Assembly (NCBI GenBank): GCA_963663805.2
Contig: CAXXMR010000009.1
Coordinates: forward strand, 256,001-320,000
Length of the DNA: 64,000 bases
Direction: 5' to 3'
From: Sedimentisphaerales bacterium
GTDB taxonomy: Bacteria; Planctomycetota; Phycisphaerae; Sedimentisphaerales; SM23-30
Positions 38,697-47,761 of the stretch are shown here, one piece after another; position 1 is the first letter of the stretch; the number at the start of each line of letters is the position of its first letter. Made by a program: the position numbers and the translations under genes. The notes beneath the pieces were generated by a model that ran no database searches, had not been told where the DNA came from, and saw only the letters and a list, made by a program, of their open reading frames with translations.

Positions 38697-39425
38697 GTTT
38701 AGATTTAATTTGATGGTTTTTATTTCGTAGGGGCGGAATGTTATTTTGTTGAGGTCGATGGGGGTTGGTTGTTTTTGTTCGTCCATTGAGGTTTCGTGGG
38801 CGGTGATGTTTTTGTTGTTGAGGGTCAGGGTTGTCTGGGTCGGTTGGCCAATTGTTTCGTAGAGACGGATGATGACGGCCTGGTCGTTCTGGGCGGGTTT
38901 CAGGGCGGAAAGGACTATGTTGGGCTGGTCGACGGTGAGGTTCAGCCGGTTGAAGTTGGCGGTTTTTTGGGCGCGGCTTATGATGGGCTGGTTGACGAAG
39001 GCGCGAGCGGTGCGGAGCCAGGTTTTATCATGGGGGATATGGGGGACAATCGCGAACTCGAAATGATGGGGTCCGTTATCAAAGCTGAGCGGTTCGGGCG
39101 GTGCGGGGAACAGGGGGCGTTCATGGGCAATAGCACTGCGGAGCAATGAAAATGAGATGCTGCCGTTCTGAGCGAGGCAGCCGGGGGTGCCGGTATGAAC
39201 GATGGTGCATGCGAAGTCTTCGTCGGCGTAATCGCACCATGAAAGCGCGGGCCAGTTGCCCCGGCCGAATTTGTAAGTATCTTCATCGTAGGGTTGTCGG
39301 ATTATGGAGCCGAAGGGGATTTCGTAGCGGCATTGAGCTTGTTTTGGGTTTAGGTTGAGCGGGAAGATTAATGATAGTTCGGTGGCCTGTCCCTGGTAGT
39401 CGTGGTCGAGGTCGAGGTGGGGTGG
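38667..39425 (-). pseudogene. C-terminal fragment of a GH38 alpha-mannosidase-like gene
   Basis: RYEIPFGSIIR, PALSWCD, FSLLRS, D.G.H.FEFAI.PH, VLSALKPA...IIRLYE..G, FRPYEIKTI; N-terminal catalytic domain absent. Confidence 0.75.
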
Positions 39426-39944
39426 ATAGCCGACCAGATGCCCGGCCTTATCGAGAACGGCAGTATCTACACTCACGGTGAGGCGTTTTATCTTTATGCT
39501 TTAGCGGTTGCGGGGCAGGTGGACAAATGTTTTGATGAGCTGACGCGGGTGCTGCCCTCAAATCTTGTTCAGGAGATTTCGACCGCGCCGCGTCAGCAGC
39601 AGTCTAATTTCACGGTCGGGCCGGACCATCAGGATTTTGGTCAGCAGTATTTCAGTAATTTTACCGGTTCGGTTCCCTGGTTTCGCAGGGTAATTGAGCA
39701 TCTTCTGGGCCTCTATCCTGATTTTGACACGCTGGTCGTTAAGCCCAGCGTGCCCGCGGTTTGGCAGGATTATGAAATTTGCAAAAAGTGGCGTAATCAT
39801 AAAATCCGATTTGTTTATCAAAACAACCCTGATAAACAGCCAGCCCTGACCATGAACGGTAGAACATATCAGGAACGGATTCCGCTCAGTGAATTGCTGC
39901 CGGGCCGGGTCAACGAGATTCGCTTTACAGAAAAAAACTGCTGA
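39420..39944 (+). pseudogene. C-terminal fragment of a GH94 (cellobiose phosphorylase-like) gene
   Basis: PGLIENGSIYTHG, FTGSVPWF, LLGL.P..D.L.VKP.VP..W; only about 175 aa, no credible start. Confidence 0.75.
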
Positions 39945-39978
39945 AACCCCGTTTTTTTTGCGAAAAACGCGAATATAT

Positions 39979-41427
39979 CAATCCTGTTCGGCACATTTAT
40001 TGCTTTAGGCTTTTGGCCTCCTGTATTTTTTTTAAAAAAAACCCGAAATGTTAAGATAGGTAATTTGCGCTCGAGGGATATTTATGCTCTAATAGGAGGC
40101 ATGAGTGCTAAGCGTCAGAAAATCAAGGAGCGGGACCTGCGTGGGTTCAAGTATTTCAAGTCCCTCTCGGCTCTGCTGAAAGGTCTTCACTCGGCGGGAT
40201 GTGAGCGGGACCGGGCCGGCAATCGCACATTATTCATGGACCAGTATGTCAGTCTGCTGCTGTTATACATGTTCAATCCGATCTGCAGTTCCATCCGGTC
40301 TTTGCAGCAGGCCGGCGAGCTCAAAAAGGTACAGCGGCTGTTGGGTTGTTCGCGTGCTTCGCTGGGTTCGCTTTCGGAAGCATCCCGGGTTTTTGAGAGT
40401 TCTTTGTTAGAGCCGATAATCGCTCAACTCACTGAGCAGTTAGGGCCGATATCTCAGGACAAAAAACTGGAAGTCGGTCAGGTCATTACCCTGGTGGACG
40501 GCAGCAGTATTCAGGCTTTGCAAAAACTCACTCAGGCTGCCTGGGACACCGACAAACCCGGAATTAAAGCACACACTCAGTTTGATCTGGAAAAATATGT
40601 GCCTCTGAAAATAAATATCAGTGAAGACAAGTCTGATGAGCGAAAGGTTTTTTTAGAGAATCTTCAGCCCGGCCGGATTTATGTCAATGATCGCGGATAT
40701 GCCTGTTTTAAGCTGTTTCAGGCCATTGTGGATAGTAAAAGCTCTTTTGTCTGTCGGCTGCGTGAGGATACGGTTTACGAAACTATTCAGGAAAAACCTT
40801 TAACTGAAGATGCTCGAAAAGCGGGGATAATTTTTGATCGTACGGTAATCGCCGGCAGCAGTGAAAAACTGCGGGAAGATTTCAAACAACCGTTACGCCT
40901 GATAGCGGTTGAATGTCAACCGCATTTGAAACGGGGCCAGGGACCACGTCAGAGTGAGATGATTTTGATTGCCACCGACCGGCTGGACCTGGACGCCGAA
41001 GTCATTGCCCTGCTCTATCAGAAACGCTGGGCCATCGAAATATTTTTCCGCTTTTTTAAGCATGTGCTGGGCTGCCGACATCTGCTAAGCCTCTGCGAAA
41101 ACGGTATCGAACTGCAGATGTACGCCGCGATTATCGCCTGTATGCTGATCAGCCTGTGGACGGGCAAAAAACCAACTTTAAGAACCTACGAAATGCTCTG
41201 CTGGCACCTCTGCGGCATGGCCGACGAGCAAGAAATGCAGAACCATATCAATAAACTCCAAAGCCAAAACTAAGGCCGATCCTCAAAAAAATCGCCGCTG
41301 CCGCTGATGCTGCGCCAAAATAACCAGTGCCGACAGTCCCACTGAGGGATAATCCCCGCTAAATCATATGAACTGCAAAGACCACAGAAAAACTGTATTT
41401 GAGCAATAAATGTGCCGAACAGGATTG
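39979..41427 (+). mobile_element. IS4-family insertion sequence, 1449 bp, 26-bp perfect TIRs, 9-bp TSD
   Basis: TIR CAATCCTGTTCGGCACATTTATTGCT at both ends; CGAATATAT duplicated at 39970-39978 and 41428-41436. Confidence 0.95.
40101..41273 (+). CDS. IS4-family DDE transposase
   Basis: LVDGS, VNDRGY, YQKRWAIEIFFRFFK (YREK motif); AGGAGG RBS before ATG 40101. Confidence 0.93.
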   Translation: MSAKRQKIKERDLRGFKYFKSLSALLKGLHSAGCERDRAGNRTLFMDQYVSLLLLYMFNPICSSIRSLQQAGELKKVQRLLGCSRASLGSLSEASRVFESSLLEPIIAQLTEQLGPISQDKKLEVGQVITLVDGSSIQALQKLTQAAWDTDKPGIKAHTQFDLEKYVPLKINISEDKSDERKVFLENLQPGRIYVNDRGYACFKLFQAIVDSKSSFVCRLREDTVYETIQEKPLTEDARKAGIIFDRTVIAGSSEKLREDFKQPLRLIAVECQPHLKRGQGPRQSEMILIATDRLDLDAEVIALLYQKRWAIEIFFRFFKHVLGCRHLLSLCENGIELQMYAAIIACMLISLWTGKKPTLRTYEMLCWHLCGMADEQEMQNHINKLQSQN

Positions 41428-41510
41428 CGAATATATTCAAATTTTTTCAAAAAAAATCCACTTTTTGATGATAATCAGGCAAGTTCTCGCTGAAAAAGGC
41501 GAGGAAAAAC

Positions 41511-41538
41511 GGTAATTTTTGGGAAAAAGCTGCGACTA
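41511..41538 (+). promoter_or_regulatory. Candidate ECF-type promoter for 41606 gene
   Basis: GGTAATT-N16-GACTA, resembles the general ECF promoter architecture. Confidence 0.35.
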
Positions 41539-41605
41539 CTCTTTTAAGGTGGCTGAGAAATCAGCTGAAAACTGGAAATGCCGGACTTTTTAAGGAGTAA
41601 TCGAA

Positions 41606-42415
41606 ATGGCTGGTAAGTGGTTGAAAAATCTAATAGTTGGAGCGGTCGTACTGCTGGTGGTAGGGGCGTTTGTCTTTGGCGGGGATATGGTAAGTTATCT
41701 GCGTAGTTCTTCGCGGTCCGTCCAGCAAGCCGTCAAGGACGCCGTCCCAGTGGAGTTTGAGCTGGGCCGGGCACGTGATTTACTGGAAGACATAATTCCG
41801 GAAATGCATGCTAATATTAGACTTATCGCTCAGGAAGAAGTTGAGGTCGCTGCCCTGACCGGGGATATTGAACAGAGTTCCAAGCGGCTGGCACTGGCCG
41901 AGGGTCAGATTAAATCCTTGCGTGACAAACTCGCCGTGGGAAATGACAGCTATACCTTGGGAGGGCGGAACTTCAGTCACGCCGAGCTGAAGGATGAACT
42001 GGCCCGGCGGTTTGACCAGTTTACAGAGGCTCAGGTGGTATTAGCCGGCAAAGAAAGATTGTTGCAGGCGCGTCAGAAGTCGCTGGCGGCGGCCCGTAAG
42101 CTGCTGGAACGCACCCGCAGTCAGAAAGAGGTTTTGGCCTCAAAGATTGAGACGCTGGAAAGTCAGTATCGGTTGGTCCAGGCTTCGTCGGTAGGGACGG
42201 CTATCACTATCGATAACAGCAAGATCGCCCAGACCGAAAAACTCATCAGCCAAATCAAGAAAAGGCTGGATGTGGCAGAGCGAGTATTGGCCCATGAAAG
42301 CCGCTTTGTCGAAACAATTGAAATGGATACGATTACCGACCAGGACCTGCTTAATCGCATTGATGATTATTTCCAGCAGCCCGTCGCCAAAAACGAATCC
42401 GCCCAGACTCCCTGA
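41606..42415 (+). CDS. N-terminally anchored long coiled-coil protein, PspA/IM30-like
   Basis: Hydrophobic N-terminus then about 200 aa of heptad-rich helix with PspA-like pattern; TAAGGAG RBS. Confidence 0.65.
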   Translation: MAGKWLKNLIVGAVVLLVVGAFVFGGDMVSYLRSSSRSVQQAVKDAVPVEFELGRARDLLEDIIPEMHANIRLIAQEEVEVAALTGDIEQSSKRLALAEGQIKSLRDKLAVGNDSYTLGGRNFSHAELKDELARRFDQFTEAQVVLAGKERLLQARQKSLAAARKLLERTRSQKEVLASKIETLESQYRLVQASSVGTAITIDNSKIAQTEKLISQIKKRLDVAERVLAHESRFVETIEMDTITDQDLLNRIDDYFQQPVAKNESAQTP

Positions 42416-42460
42416 CGGCGGAGGGGTGATTAACGATGTAACTGGTTAAATATACTAAGG

Positions 42461-42489
42461 TTGCAATGTCTGGCGAGTAGTGGTAAAAT
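42461..42489 (+). promoter_or_regulatory. Sigma70-like promoter for 42526-48667 operon
   Basis: TTGCAA-N17-TAAAAT with TG extended -10. Confidence 0.55.
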
Positions 42490-42525
42490 AGGTTCTGTTA
42501 CATTTGTATTCACAGGATTTGGCCG

Positions 42526-44037
42526 GTGCTGATACTCAAGATTAAACAAGCTGAAAAAGCCCTCGCCGATGGACGGCTGGACGAAGCGTTTGAGTTGCTG
42601 ACTTCATCGGTGGTAACGAGCCATCGTCAGGGTCAGGAACTTATTACCAAACTGGCAACCGCTCTAGCTGTGCGGGGGCGGGAACATCTCGACAAGAACC
42701 GGCCCGGCCAGGCGCGTGCTGATGCGGAAAAAGCCCAGAAGCTCGCCGGTAATCTACCGGAAGTGGCGGGACTGCTGGCGGATATTACCGCGATGTATAA
42801 GGATAACTGGCAGGCTGAACATGCCCGTCAGAAACAGCGGAATCTGGTCAAGGGGTTCGTCGATGAAGGCGAACTTACTTTGGCCGCCGGGGTGCTGGAT
42901 GATGAGCCCAACTCTGGCACTTTGCGGGACGAAATTGAAAAGCAGCGTAAAATTCGCCAAAGCTGGGAAAGACGTCTGGAGATGGCCTTTGCCGAATCAG
43001 ATTTAGACCGGGCCCTTGATGTTCTGGGGGCTTTTACGCCGGGCAGGTTTAACGGCACAGCCCGGAAGGTTGTGGAGCTGGCCGAAAAACAGGGACATGA
43101 GTATGCCCGCTCAGGTCGTCTCGACCGGTTGGAGGTTTTGCTGGTGAGGCTGGCGGAGTTGAAGCTGGATTCGACGAAAATACGTGATTTGACGCGGTTT
43201 CAGGGACTTTGCCATACGGCGAGTAAACAGTTAGGCGATGGTTTGTTGAGTGAAACACGGGCGACACTGAGTCTGGCTCGACAGCTTATGCCGCAAGCCG
43301 ACTGGATAAACGATACCCTGAAAGCAGCCCGGCAGGCGGAAGAATCGCTAACCGCATTGCACGGGGGAGCCCTGGCCTTGCTTGACGGGGCAGCAACGGA
43401 AATAAGAGACGCGACAGAACCGAGGCATAAAAAAACAGATAAACCAATCATGCCGATAGACATGCCGGCAAATAATATGCTGCCGGAAAAATTCATTCTT
43501 CAGCTCGACGGCGTGGGTAGTTTTCTGGTTTATCGTTCTGCGGATGTTAGCGCAGGTCCGCTTAGCGGCTCATTCGGTGCGGATTTGGCGTTGGTGGCGG
43601 CACCTGATTTAACCCCGGTGCGGTTTGTTCGCAGCGAGGACGATTATTTTCTCAAAGCGACCGAGCCGGTAGAATTAAACGGTCGCAAGGTCGATGAAGC
43701 CTTGCTCAAGGATAATGACCGGGTGAGTCTTTCGTCGCGGTGTGTGTTGAAGTTCAAACGCGCCAACGCCGCCAGCGGTACAGCCGTTTTAGATTTGGGC
43801 AGTGTGCGGGTTACGCGGCCCGATGTTCGCCAGGTAATTTTGATGGACCGTGAGATTGTAATTGGCCCGGCTTCGACGGCTCATCTGCGCAGTCGTCTGC
43901 CGGAAAGCATCACGATATTCATACAGAATAACCGGCTGGGCGTTAAAACCGCCGGGAGTACAATTAAAGAAGTTGTTTTGAATCAACCATTGAATTTGTC
44001 CGGTACGACTCTGGTCGTGCGGGAGATTAAAGATTAA
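42526..44037 (+). CDS. Helical-repeat (TPR-like) protein with C-terminal degenerate FHA-like domain(s)
   Basis: Ala/Leu-rich helical N-part; VELNGRKVDEALLKDNDRVSL FHA-like strand pattern. Confidence 0.6.
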   Translation: MLILKIKQAEKALADGRLDEAFELLTSSVVTSHRQGQELITKLATALAVRGREHLDKNRPGQARADAEKAQKLAGNLPEVAGLLADITAMYKDNWQAEHARQKQRNLVKGFVDEGELTLAAGVLDDEPNSGTLRDEIEKQRKIRQSWERRLEMAFAESDLDRALDVLGAFTPGRFNGTARKVVELAEKQGHEYARSGRLDRLEVLLVRLAELKLDSTKIRDLTRFQGLCHTASKQLGDGLLSETRATLSLARQLMPQADWINDTLKAARQAEESLTALHGGALALLDGAATEIRDATEPRHKKTDKPIMPIDMPANNMLPEKFILQLDGVGSFLVYRSADVSAGPLSGSFGADLALVAAPDLTPVRFVRSEDDYFLKATEPVELNGRKVDEALLKDNDRVSLSSRCVLKFKRANAASGTAVLDLGSVRVTRPDVRQVILMDREIVIGPASTAHLRSRLPESITIFIQNNRLGVKTAGSTIKEVVLNQPLNLSGTTLVVREIKD

Positions 44038-44057
44038 CCATCCAAAGAGGATAGCTT

Positions 44058-46661
44058 GTGAACCAACAGCAGACACAACCCGAAGCCGCCGCTGGTTTCC
44101 AGTATCATTACGGCGACCGGCCTCTGGAGGGCTATACAATCGAACGGGCCGCGGGCCGCGGTGGTTTCGGTGAGGTTTACTACGCTGTAAGTGACAGCGG
44201 GCGACAGGTCGCTCTCAAAGCCATCCAGTCGCATGAGAACATCGAGCTGCGTGGTATCAGTCAGTGCATGAACCTCAAGAGTCCACATCTGGTGACGATT
44301 TTCGATATTCGGCATAATCCCCAGGGCAAGCCGTTTGTGATAATGGAATATGTGGCCGGGCCTTCGCTGCGCGAACTGCTCGATGAGATGCCGGCGGGAT
44401 TGGGCACTCAGAAGGCAGCCTTTTTCCTGCGCGAGATTGCCAAGGGGCTTACGTTTCTGCATGATTGTGGTATTGTGCATCGTGATTTGAAGCCCAGCAA
44501 TATTTTTTATGAGAATGGTTATGTCAAAATTGTGGACTATGGTTTGAGCAAAGCCATCGCCGTTACGCCCAACCAGAGCCAGACCATCACGGTGGGCACG
44601 GTGCATTATATGGCCCCGGAGATCGGCCATGGTAAATATGACCGCAGTATCGACATTTACGCTCTGGGGGTGATACTTTATGAAATGCTTACCGGTCAGG
44701 TGCCGTTTTTTGGAGCCAGTCCCGGCGAGATTTTGATGAAACATGTCGCTGAGAATGTTGACCTGAGCAATATCGAACAGCCTTTCGCACGGGTAATCAG
44801 CAAGGCCCTGGCCAAAGACCCTGCCCTGCGGTACCAGACCGTGCAGGAAATGGTTGAAGACCTTTTCGGAACTGAGACTATTCGCAACAGCGTTTCCCAG
44901 TTTTCGCCCAACGATTTGTCATTGATCGCCGGCAAGGTAGGTCGTCAGTTTTCAGCTAACAAAGCTCCAGAGCAGAATCGTCCGGCAAACGACTCATCCG
45001 GGTCTTTCGAGGATATTGGACGACAGTTAGGTAAATTTGGCGATGAGGTTTCGCGCCAGGTCAGCGGTGCCGTGAGGCAAGCCCTGGGCAAACAAGGCCG
45101 CAAGGTTACTTCCTCGGAGGTCAACGCTGCGAATGCTGCCGACCCCATGACGCGCCGGCAGCGGCGTACCTTGTCGTTCATTGCTCTAGGAGCGTTTGGC
45201 ATCGGTATTTCAATTATCAGCGGATTTAGCGGCGACGATGCTTTTGCTTTTGGTCTCTGGTCCTTCTTTATGATTTTCGGCACGACCTATGCAATTACGA
45301 TTGCCCGTTGGCGGCTGCTAATCAACATGGAGCCTTCGCCGGCGCGTAACTGGGCAACAGCTATTTTCGGTCTGCTGGGCGCGTTGATTGTCTCATTGTT
45401 CATGCTCACTGATGCCCCTGACATCTGGCATTCTCAGCTCAAGGGTACTCTTATTTCTCTATTGGCACTGGGCCTGGTTGACTGGTGGAAGCTAACCAAT
45501 CCGCTGCGAGTCGCTCGTGTTAAGATTGGTCCGGCTTTAGGCCCGGCGCTACTGGGCGGAATCGCCGCCGCGGCGATTTTCAATGGTGTGCCGGTGTTGA
45601 CCGTTGGGGTGATAGGCGGGGCGGTGCTGGCGGTGCAGATATTAAGCCCGTTCGTACCGGGCGGCTGGTCACGCGGTTATCCTCAGTCATTCGCTCAGGC
45701 CCCGGTCGCCGGTGGTCCTCAGACTACAGATAATAAAAAATACAATGATTCACCCAAACCTCCCACTCCCAAGCGTTGTGGACAGTTGGGGGTGGCAACC
45801 GCGGATTTGCCGCACCTTTCGCCTTATAAACGTCTTTGGGCGTTGTTACTTTCTTTCGGAATGTTTTTAGGTTTTTTTGGTTTGCAGCGGTTTTACGTAG
45901 GTAAAATAGGCACAGGCCTGCTCTACTTATGTACCGGCGGCTTACTGGGCGTCGGGCAGATTATCGATATTATCATGATTACGACAGGGGGTTTTGCGGA
46001 CAAACATGGCCGGCATCTGCTCATCTGGGAAGATGACAGTTTTCTCGAACTAAAAAGCGAAAAAGTTGTGCGGGCCCAGTCGCCCGAACAGCCTTCATCA
46101 TGGCAGCCGCCTGAGCCCTGGGATTTCATCGGCGGTTTTTTTGCGTTTCTGGGTTATCTGATTTTTCTGCCCGGCCTGCTGGTGGGTTTAGCGATGGCTT
46201 TAGATTTACCGGGTTTTATATGCATTGCCGATGCTGATTTCAATGCGGAAATGGCTGGCAAGCTGGACGACGCCAACTGGCCGGAATTTATTCTGCGTAT
46301 CGGTTTTATCATAAGTATCCTGCTGACCATCATCGCCACCGCCTTAATCATCACCGCCCGTCGTAAAAATGGCCCCTGGCACATCATCCGGGCCGCACTG
46401 GGGATGTTCACCATCCAATTGACGATTTCCATGCTCGCCGGTTCTCTCTCTCGCTTCGGCAACAATTCCGACCTGGTCGAGATGTTCCAGAAGGAGCAGT
46501 TCAGCAGTGCGATTAATCTCTGGCTTAACCGTTCCGATTCGGAAACCGCGATTTTCGCCGCGATTATGTTTGTCGCCGCCCTGGTCATTCTCGCCTGGCC
46601 GGGCCGAGCCCGACAAGCCGTCCAGCCGAGCTTTCAGCCGCAGGGAGAGGAATTATTATGA
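44058..46661 (+). CDS. Hanks-type Ser/Thr protein kinase with multi-pass membrane region including a TM2 (NINE) domain
   Basis: GRGGFGEVY, VALK, HRDLKPSN, DYG, GTVHYMAPE, DIYALG; TM2 motif LGFFGLQRFYVGKIGTGLLYLCTGGLLGVGQIID. Confidence 0.92.
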   Translation: MNQQQTQPEAAAGFQYHYGDRPLEGYTIERAAGRGGFGEVYYAVSDSGRQVALKAIQSHENIELRGISQCMNLKSPHLVTIFDIRHNPQGKPFVIMEYVAGPSLRELLDEMPAGLGTQKAAFFLREIAKGLTFLHDCGIVHRDLKPSNIFYENGYVKIVDYGLSKAIAVTPNQSQTITVGTVHYMAPEIGHGKYDRSIDIYALGVILYEMLTGQVPFFGASPGEILMKHVAENVDLSNIEQPFARVISKALAKDPALRYQTVQEMVEDLFGTETIRNSVSQFSPNDLSLIAGKVGRQFSANKAPEQNRPANDSSGSFEDIGRQLGKFGDEVSRQVSGAVRQALGKQGRKVTSSEVNAANAADPMTRRQRRTLSFIALGAFGIGISIISGFSGDDAFAFGLWSFFMIFGTTYAITIARWRLLINMEPSPARNWATAIFGLLGALIVSLFMLTDAPDIWHSQLKGTLISLLALGLVDWWKLTNPLRVARVKIGPALGPALLGGIAAAAIFNGVPVLTVGVIGGAVLAVQILSPFVPGGWSRGYPQSFAQAPVAGGPQTTDNKKYNDSPKPPTPKRCGQLGVATADLPHLSPYKRLWALLLSFGMFLGFFGLQRFYVGKIGTGLLYLCTGGLLGVGQIIDIIMITTGGFADKHGRHLLIWEDDSFLELKSEKVVRAQSPEQPSSWQPPEPWDFIGGFFAFLGYLIFLPGLLVGLAMALDLPGFICIADADFNAEMAGKLDDANWPEFILRIGFIISILLTIIATALIITARRKNGPWHIIRAALGMFTIQLTISMLAGSLSRFGNNSDLVEMFQKEQFSSAINLWLNRSDSETAIFAAIMFVAALVILAWPGRARQAVQPSFQPQGEELL

Positions 46662-47749
46662 ATCTGGGATTCTTCGAAATAGTATTATTACCTCTGATAT
46701 TGCTGATTGCCGCCGCGATATTCTGTAAAGGTCCATGGCGACGCTTCCTCCAGATTGTTCTGGTAGCATCTTTTCTGACAGTCTTGGTTCTGGTGGTACT
46801 AAGCTTGTTTTTCTCTGTTCGTCAAGTACCGGTTGTCGAGTCCATTCCGCAGAATTATTCAGAATCAGCCTGGCTGGACCTGGCCGAGCCGGAATTCCCC
46901 GCTGATGTATATCCCTCGGTCTCACTGGCATTGAAGGGACTTATTGGTTCGCTGGGTTCCTATGTTAATTCTCCGCGTGACATTAACATCTATATCGAAA
47001 AATCATCCGCTCTGGAGCCGACAATGCTTATCGAGGAAACTGTCGATTCGGCAGTGCGAGCTTGGGATAATGCCCGCCAGGTGCATACGTTTGAACGTCT
47101 GCCCAGTCCTGCCGATGACAGTTTGATGCTCGATGTCGCGGTGAGTGAATACGATGGTGAGGCAGGGACGCTTTGTTTGCATTTGCTGGGCGGCGGTACC
47201 GATGTGACCGTTTCTACCCGTTTTGTAAATAAACCCTGGCTGGAGGATTTCGGTCGCTATCAGGCCCGGCACCCGCAAATTCAGTATCTTATCGCTCAAT
47301 CAACTCAGCCTGCCCTGAGCGAGTCAGAAGCGGTAGAACTTGCCTGGGAACATGCACTTATAATAGTCAATCACCGACTCAACCTGAAAACCACCGCGGA
47401 TACCCAGCCGCTGACAATCGAGGATTTGCAAAGATGCAACATCCCCATCGACCAGTTCAGCCAGAGTTTTCAGCGTGATTACAGCAAAATCTATCGTCAT
47501 CTTATTCTGCTGGAACTGAGTCCGGGCAAAATTCAGCAGTTTCGCGACCTTCACGCCCACCGAGCCGCCCTGGAAAGACAAAGCATTCTACGCCAGATTT
47601 TTTCGCTGGCGGGCATGGTACTGTTGATATTCCTGGTTTATTTGTTTCTCAATGCTGCCACGCGTGGTTATTATGTCTGGATGTTACGTATCGTAGCAGT
47701 ACTTGCTGCGGCCGGTGGTGGTCTACTGCTGATATGGTATCTGAATTAG
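46658..47749 (+). CDS. Membrane protein with large extracytoplasmic loop
   Basis: Two N-terminal and two C-terminal hydrophobic helices; ATGA overlap with kinase. Confidence 0.7.
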   Translation: MNLGFFEIVLLPLILLIAAAIFCKGPWRRFLQIVLVASFLTVLVLVVLSLFFSVRQVPVVESIPQNYSESAWLDLAEPEFPADVYPSVSLALKGLIGSLGSYVNSPRDINIYIEKSSALEPTMLIEETVDSAVRAWDNARQVHTFERLPSPADDSLMLDVAVSEYDGEAGTLCLHLLGGGTDVTVSTRFVNKPWLEDFGRYQARHPQIQYLIAQSTQPALSESEAVELAWEHALIIVNHRLNLKTTADTQPLTIEDLQRCNIPIDQFSQSFQRDYSKIYRHLILLELSPGKIQQFRDLHAHRAALERQSILRQIFSLAGMVLLIFLVYLFLNAATRGYYVWMLRIVAVLAAAGGGLLLIWYLN

Positions 47750-47761
47750 TTTTGGAGGCTT

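Noticed and set aside
44034..44744. 236-aa - strand ORF
   Set aside because: Typical antisense shadow of a Ser/Thr kinase domain
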